DNA of 64,000 nucleotides from NCBI GenBank assembly GCA_030695905.1, contig JAUYOL010000036.1:182814-246813 (forward strand). Reading direction: 5' to 3'. How positions within the stretch are numbered: position 1 is the first letter of the stretch; every line of letters starts with the position of its first letter. The notes under the pieces were generated by a model. That model saw only the letters and a list, made by a program, of their open reading frames with translations. It was not told where the DNA came from and made no database searches. The position numbers were made by a program, and so were the translations under genes. Source of the DNA: Candidatus Omnitrophota bacterium (GTDB taxonomy: Bacteria > Omnitrophota > Gorgyraeia > 2-01-FULL-45-10). Of this stretch, positions 59,365 to 64,000 are shown in pieces.

Positions 59365-60786
59365 TTATGATATCGCGGCTATGCCTTTTTTCAACGCTTC
59401 TTCGAATAACTCGACAGCGAGATCCATCTCTTTCTCGGTAATATATAGCGAAGGCGCGAGAGTGAATACATTTTTGTAATAACCGCCCACGTCGAGAACG
59501 AGCCCTCTCATCTTCCCGCCTGCGGTCAATTCCCCCGATAACCCTATCTGGGTTATCGCGTCCGTAAGCTTCTTGTTAGGCGTATATCCGTCTTTTTCGC
59601 ATATCTCCATCCTTAGCGCAAGACCAAGCCCGTCGACATCGCCTATCTGCGGATACTTCTTCATCAATTGCCTCAATCTCGACACAAAGTATTCGCCCTT
59701 CTTAGGTACTTTTACGGCAAAACCTTCTTCTTCCATTAACTTCATTGCTTCAAGGCCTACCGCTGTACCCAAAGGATTTGATGAGAACGTGGAATGGGTC
59801 GAACCTGGCCCGAAGACCTTTGGAGATATCAATTTTTCTTTGGCCCAAATACAGGATATCGGGTTTAGCCCGTTAGTCAGCGCCTTGCCCATTACAACAA
59901 TATCCGGCACCACGCCAAAGTGTTCGATCGCCCATAGTTTTCCTGTCCTGTAGAAGCCCATCTGTATTTCATCGTCAACCATAAGAATATTATATCTATC
60001 CAGGACCTCTTTTAATTGAGAAAAATAATCAAGAGGCGGTACCACATACCCGCCTGTGCCCTGCACAGCCTCGATATAGAAAGCACCGAATTCACACTTA
60101 CCCGTCTTTGTATTAAGAACGGAGTGGTACTCTGTTTCAAAAAGTTTCTCGAATTGTTTCAGGCAGTACATATCGCACATGTCTTTTTTCTTGCCGTACG
60201 AGCATCTGAAACAATACGGATACGGGATAAACTGCGCCCTATCCGAAAAATGTCCGAACTTCTCCCTGTATCTATAACTTGATGTTATTGCCGACGCGCC
60301 AAGTGTCCTGCCGTGATATCCGCCCTGAAAAGCGAACATCAGGTTCCTGCCGGTATGGCTCCTGACGAGCTTCAAAGAATCTTCTACTGCGGCCGAGCCT
60401 CCTACATTGAAATGAACCCTGCCCTTCTCCTCAAATGTCATCTCGGCCTTTCTAGCTATCTTGGCGGCAAGCTGTATCTTCTCCTCATGAAGATATTGAC
60501 ATGCAAGTTGCGGCAACCTATCTATCTGTTTTTTAAGCGCATTATTCAGTCTTTCGTTTCTATATCCAAAATTCACCGCAGAGTACCACATCTGCAGATC
60601 CATATATTCAGTGCCGGCTTTGTCATACAGATATACGCCTTCTGCCGTATCGAAAATATTCAGTTTTTCCGAATAATGGACGGTATCTCCCCATGAACAA
60701 TAATCCGCTTCCAGTTTTAAAAGATCTTCGCCCTGGCTCGCCTTGGACTTTACAGGCTTATTCAAAACCTTTTCATTCTTCTTCAT
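59365..60786 (-). CDS. Class III PLP-dependent aminotransferase
   Basis: GYHGRT, DDEIQMGFYRTG, PDIVVMGKALTNG, THSTF. Confidence 0.92.
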   Translation of the reverse strand: MKKNEKVLNKPVKSKASQGEDLLKLEADYCSWGDTVHYSEKLNIFDTAEGVYLYDKAGTEYMDLQMWYSAVNFGYRNERLNNALKKQIDRLPQLACQYLHEEKIQLAAKIARKAEMTFEEKGRVHFNVGGSAAVEDSLKLVRSHTGRNLMFAFQGGYHGRTLGASAITSSYRYREKFGHFSDRAQFIPYPYCFRCSYGKKKDMCDMYCLKQFEKLFETEYHSVLNTKTGKCEFGAFYIEAVQGTGGYVVPPLDYFSQLKEVLDRYNILMVDDEIQMGFYRTGKLWAIEHFGVVPDIVVMGKALTNGLNPISCIWAKEKLISPKVFGPGSTHSTFSSNPLGTAVGLEAMKLMEEEGFAVKVPKKGEYFVSRLRQLMKKYPQIGDVDGLGLALRMEICEKDGYTPNKKLTDAITQIGLSGELTAGGKMRGLVLDVGGYYKNVFTLAPSLYITEKEMDLAVELFEEALKKGIAAIS

Positions 60787-61445
60787 CTATCCATCCTCCT
60801 CATAAAGTCATAAACGTTTTTTAGGCTGCTAAATGATATGAAGGGCTTGCCTTCTCTTAATAAATATTTCTTTAGATTACCTTTCGCGAATACGATATCC
60901 GAATTTTTTGACGGACATAGATCGGACAGGCCGTCGCCTATATATATTATAACCCTGTCATCGAATTTGCTTTTGGGCAGGTGGTTAGTTTTGCAATTGC
61001 CGCATATCCTGCAATTTTCATGCTGGTGCGGAAAATGCGGAACTAACTTACCGCCGGACAATTTTATCTTATTTGAATATATCTTTATGCCGTTTATTCC
61101 GTTATTACGCAGTATCGATTTTATGAAATACGAGAAACTATCGCTTAATATGACCGGCTTAACCTGGCTTTCTTTGAGCAAAGCTATTATCTTTTTGAAA
61201 TACGGGTCCACTTTTATTCTTGCCAAATACCGGTCGAGTCTTGCCTTATCAACCCTGACGCTCTTCAACTGGCCCGACAGGCAGCCTTTTGAGCCTATCT
61301 TGCCTTTTTTCCAAGCAACTTCAAACGCCATCCATTTCTTATTTACCGAAAACTTCTCCACTATACTATCGAGCACATCAAAGTGGGTTATCGTATTATC
61401 GAAATCGAAGAATACCGCGCAGTCCGACAGATTATCTTTGTGCAT
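60783..61445 (-). CDS. MtnX-like HAD-IB phosphatase
   Basis: FDFDNTIT, ILSDS, CGNCK, IGDGLSD, VFAK. Confidence 0.85.
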   Translation of the reverse strand: MHKDNLSDCAVFFDFDNTITHFDVLDSIVEKFSVNKKWMAFEVAWKKGKIGSKGCLSGQLKSVRVDKARLDRYLARIKVDPYFKKIIALLKESQVKPVILSDSFSYFIKSILRNNGINGIKIYSNKIKLSGGKLVPHFPHQHENCRICGNCKTNHLPKSKFDDRVIIYIGDGLSDLCPSKNSDIVFAKGNLKKYLLREGKPFISFSSLKNVYDFMRRMDR

Positions 61446-62319
61446 TTTGAAAGAAAGCCTCCATCTTTGCCGCGACCGTATCGCGCTCCTGATCCGCGGT
61501 AACAACGTGATAAGAATCGTATAAGAGCACTATCTCTTTCATGGATGAACCGATCTTATCATATATATATTTCGAATTTTTAACGCTCGTCATATCGTCG
61601 TCTTTAGCCTGAACGAGCTGGACGGGAATTTTTATATGCGGCAATCTCCTCGTAATGTGTCTGACCAGGTATTTCAGTTGGCATAATTGCGCCACCGGGA
61701 AATAAGGATATCCGTACTGTTCCACATTCTGCATATTGTCAAGAGTGGCTGTGGAGTAATATTTGTGGATACGGTTCTGTATCGCCTCATTCTTTATTCC
61801 GTATGGCGGCTCTTCTTTAAAATAGGCAAAATGCCTTAATGGCGTAAAATAACCAAGCGGCAGAATAAATCTTGCCCAGGGGGTATTCCAGCCGTCATAA
61901 AATAGTGTCGGCGCCAGACAACAGACGCCCTTAACTTTATCGCTGAATTCATCGGCAAGCAGAAGGGCCAAAAGGGCTCCCATGGATAATCCGCCGGTAA
62001 ATATCGGTCCCGGATGGTCCCCTAACTCGCCTTCTGTAAATATTTTGCGTACAGATTCGTAAAACTCTTCCCATTTTGCGTGTTTTAGCACGCGTATCGA
62101 ATCACCGTGATAGGCAAGCCTCGGGCATATTACCGTGTAACCCTTCTTATTAAGATAATTTGCCAGAAACCGCATCTCATTCGGTGTGCCGGTAAGGCCG
62201 TGTATCAATACCACCGTCGCGCCATTATCGCCTTTGAGAGTAAAGCCATTGCCGGACGTCCTGCCGGACGGCTCTTCTTTTTGAATCTCCTTTAAACGAA
62301 ACGACCACACAACAGACAT
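61432..62319 (-). CDS. Alpha/beta hydrolase (carboxylesterase/monoacylglycerol lipase-like)
   Basis: HGLTG oxyanion loop, GLSMG nucleophile, DDDM, SYH. Confidence 0.88.
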   Translation of the reverse strand: MSVVWSFRLKEIQKEEPSGRTSGNGFTLKGDNGATVVLIHGLTGTPNEMRFLANYLNKKGYTVICPRLAYHGDSIRVLKHAKWEEFYESVRKIFTEGELGDHPGPIFTGGLSMGALLALLLADEFSDKVKGVCCLAPTLFYDGWNTPWARFILPLGYFTPLRHFAYFKEEPPYGIKNEAIQNRIHKYYSTATLDNMQNVEQYGYPYFPVAQLCQLKYLVRHITRRLPHIKIPVQLVQAKDDDMTSVKNSKYIYDKIGSSMKEIVLLYDSYHVVTADQERDTVAAKMEAFFQNAQR

Positions 62320-62371
62320 ATTAACGCCTTTCTATCTTATGTATTAATATTACACTATATGGCATGAGAAC

Positions 62372-62391
62372 AAGATTAAATTAAGATTAAA
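62372..62391 (-). promoter_or_regulatory. Candidate OmpR/PhoB-family response regulator box
   Basis: Direct repeat AAGATTAAA at 62372-62380 and 62383-62391 (11-bp period) in the -35 zone upstream of the hydrolase. Confidence 0.5.
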
Positions 62392-62409
62392 ATATTTTAA
62401 TATTGCATT

Positions 62410-62485
62410 GGAGACGTTTTCCAAATGCATAAGGAAGCTGTCCCTACATGGGGGCAGCTTCCCGATTGACTTGGAAAGCGTCTCC
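62410..62485. repeat. Two inverted copies (B, C) of the 36-bp REP-like repeat forming a long hairpin
   Basis: 62410-62444 ggagacgttttcc...ggaagctgtccc and 62450-62485 gggggcagcttcc...ggaaagcgtctcc; lies just after the kinase stop. Confidence 0.85.
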
Positions 62486-62488
62486 GGT

Positions 62489-63973
62489 TCAAACAGGATA
62501 CGAAAGCGGAAGGGAAACTGTGAAAGTGGCGCCTTGGTTAGGCTGACTTGTAACTGATATAACGCCTCGGTGAGACTCGACGATCGACTTTGCTATGCTA
62601 AGCCCCAGGCCGAATCCGTGATTGGTGCGCCTTGCGCGCGCAACCTGATAGAATCTGTCAAATATGTAAGGCAGTTCTTCCTCGGGGATGCCTATGCCGG
62701 TATCGCTTACCACCACTTTTATATGGCTGCCGTCTTTCTGCGCCATCACTATGACTTTGCCTTTTCTCAATGTATATTTTATGGCGTTGTCGAACAGGTT
62801 TACGAATAACCGCCTTAATTGATCCTCGTCTCCATCCAATATAAGATTATCCTGCCGCGATAGCGATGTGTCTATGTCCTTCTGTTGAGCCAATATCTTC
62901 ATGTCGTCCATAACGCGATTAAGCACGCCGCCCAGATCCACCCTTCTTATCTCGAGCGCGACCTGATTATTGTCAAATCTCGCCAATGCCAGAAGATCCT
63001 CTATTACACGCGACATCTTGCCTATCTCCTCAAGGCTGCTATTAAGCACAGCTTCATATTCCTCCGGCGATCTCAATTTTTTTAGAGTGACTTCAAGCTC
63101 ACCCTTAAGTATCGTAAGCGGTGTTCTTAACTCATGAGATATGTCCTGTATAAACTCATGCTGTGACGTAAAGGACTTGTCCAGCCGCTCTATCATGTCA
63201 TTGAATGTATCGGCAAGCCTTTTTATCTCATCCTTAGTATCGGGTAGATGTATCCTTAATTTCAAGTTTTCCGCCGTGATCTTCTTTAGAGTATCTATCA
63301 TGTGATCAACCGGACGTAATGTTAAGCGCGCTAAAAACGCTCCAGCTATTCCCGTAATAATTACAGTGATGGGCAGAAGAACGAATAGCAAAATTCTTAA
63401 CCCTTTTAAGGCGATATATATCAGGCCCTGCGCGCTTACGACCTGGATAAGATATTTGATCTTACCGTCCTGCTGCACAGGTTTGGTATAGACTCTGAAC
63501 GCTATAGGCTTGCCGGGCTGCGCCTCTCCTTTGAGCGTATCAAAACTATCTTTACCCTCCAGGATATAATCAAGATCGTCTTCGGAGAGAGTATATATCT
63601 TCGGAGCGTTTTTGGAGGATACTAATTTTTTGCCGTTAACATCAAGTATCTGGGCATAGATACTCATAAGGCTGGGGTCTTTGGACTTTTCTATAACCCA
63701 GTTACTTGCCATTGTCAAAAACTTATCTGTATCGGCCTGGGTGGCGGGCGCTGAAGACTTGCCGGATTCGGAATTCTTCATCTCTTCTATTTCCCAATAC
63801 GTAGATATGGCGCTGGCAATACCTCCCGCGCGTGAGCTTAAAAGATCGTCCAGGTCTCCATACAAGACATTTTTAAAATTCTGGTACACCAGCACGCTGA
63901 ACGCGAGAAGTGTGATGGTCAATAACCCCATATACCAGAGCACTATTTTGAAACGTATAGATTTGAAGAACAT
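62489..63973 (-). CDS. HAMP sensor histidine kinase (OmpR/CusS class)
   Basis: Two TM segments, HAMP, SHELRTPL, NLFDNAIKY, DTGIG, GFGLGL. Confidence 0.93.
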   Translation of the reverse strand: MFFKSIRFKIVLWYMGLLTITLLAFSVLVYQNFKNVLYGDLDDLLSSRAGGIASAISTYWEIEEMKNSESGKSSAPATQADTDKFLTMASNWVIEKSKDPSLMSIYAQILDVNGKKLVSSKNAPKIYTLSEDDLDYILEGKDSFDTLKGEAQPGKPIAFRVYTKPVQQDGKIKYLIQVVSAQGLIYIALKGLRILLFVLLPITVIITGIAGAFLARLTLRPVDHMIDTLKKITAENLKLRIHLPDTKDEIKRLADTFNDMIERLDKSFTSQHEFIQDISHELRTPLTILKGELEVTLKKLRSPEEYEAVLNSSLEEIGKMSRVIEDLLALARFDNNQVALEIRRVDLGGVLNRVMDDMKILAQQKDIDTSLSRQDNLILDGDEDQLRRLFVNLFDNAIKYTLRKGKVIVMAQKDGSHIKVVVSDTGIGIPEEELPYIFDRFYQVARARRTNHGFGLGLSIAKSIVESHRGVISVTSQPNQGATFTVSLPLSYPV

Positions 63974-63974
63974 T

Positions 63975-64000
63975 TTAATCCTCTAAAATGTAACCGCGCC
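63975..64000 (-). CDS. 3' end of a probable OmpR-family response regulator
   Basis: Reads RGYILED*, like the winged-helix C-terminus; abuts the kinase start. Confidence 0.55.

Noticed and set aside
60783-61445. Methionine salvage gene mtnX
   Set aside because: Family resemblance only; no mtnW, mtnB or mtnD neighbours, so no gene symbol was assigned
60838-61524. 228-aa plus-strand ORF
   Set aside because: Exact antisense of the HAD gene, with no protein motif
596-63986. Many short plus-strand ORFs in the six-frame track
   Set aside because: They are antisense shadows of well-supported minus-strand genes and have no motifs; only the two EamA genes are accepted on the plus strand

Overview
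Bacterial chromosomal window, almost entirely minus-strand and tightly packed. It comes from a diderm (LptD-like gene); gene order and protein style suggest Candidatus Omnitrophota, which is inference only. 1-29.6 kb: large surface-glycan locus with Wzx, several glycosyltransferases, rml/ugd/uxs/wbp-type nucleotide-sugar genes, two C-methyltransferases, three radical SAM enzymes, a MarR regulator with its operator, and a LAGLIDADG intein in a UDP-GlcNAc dehydrogenase. 29.6-57 kb: mostly housekeeping genes (lptD, tal, glk, two diguanylate cyclases, malK-like ATPase, accD, CIRCE-hrcA-grpE-dnaK-[RelE toxin-antitoxin]-dnaJ, miaA/miaB/hflX, maf, two BaiN flavoproteins). 57-64 kb: an uncharacterised esterase/HAD/aminotransferase/arginase-like/EamA-pair module, bracketed by 36-bp inverted repeats, next to a two-component system. 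The best leads are that module, an Arn-like branched-sugar module, long hairpin elements behind dnaK, and short palindromes and heptamer repeats embedded in frame inside genes. No rRNA, tRNA or CRISPR array was recognised. All calls come from reading motifs; no database searches were run.
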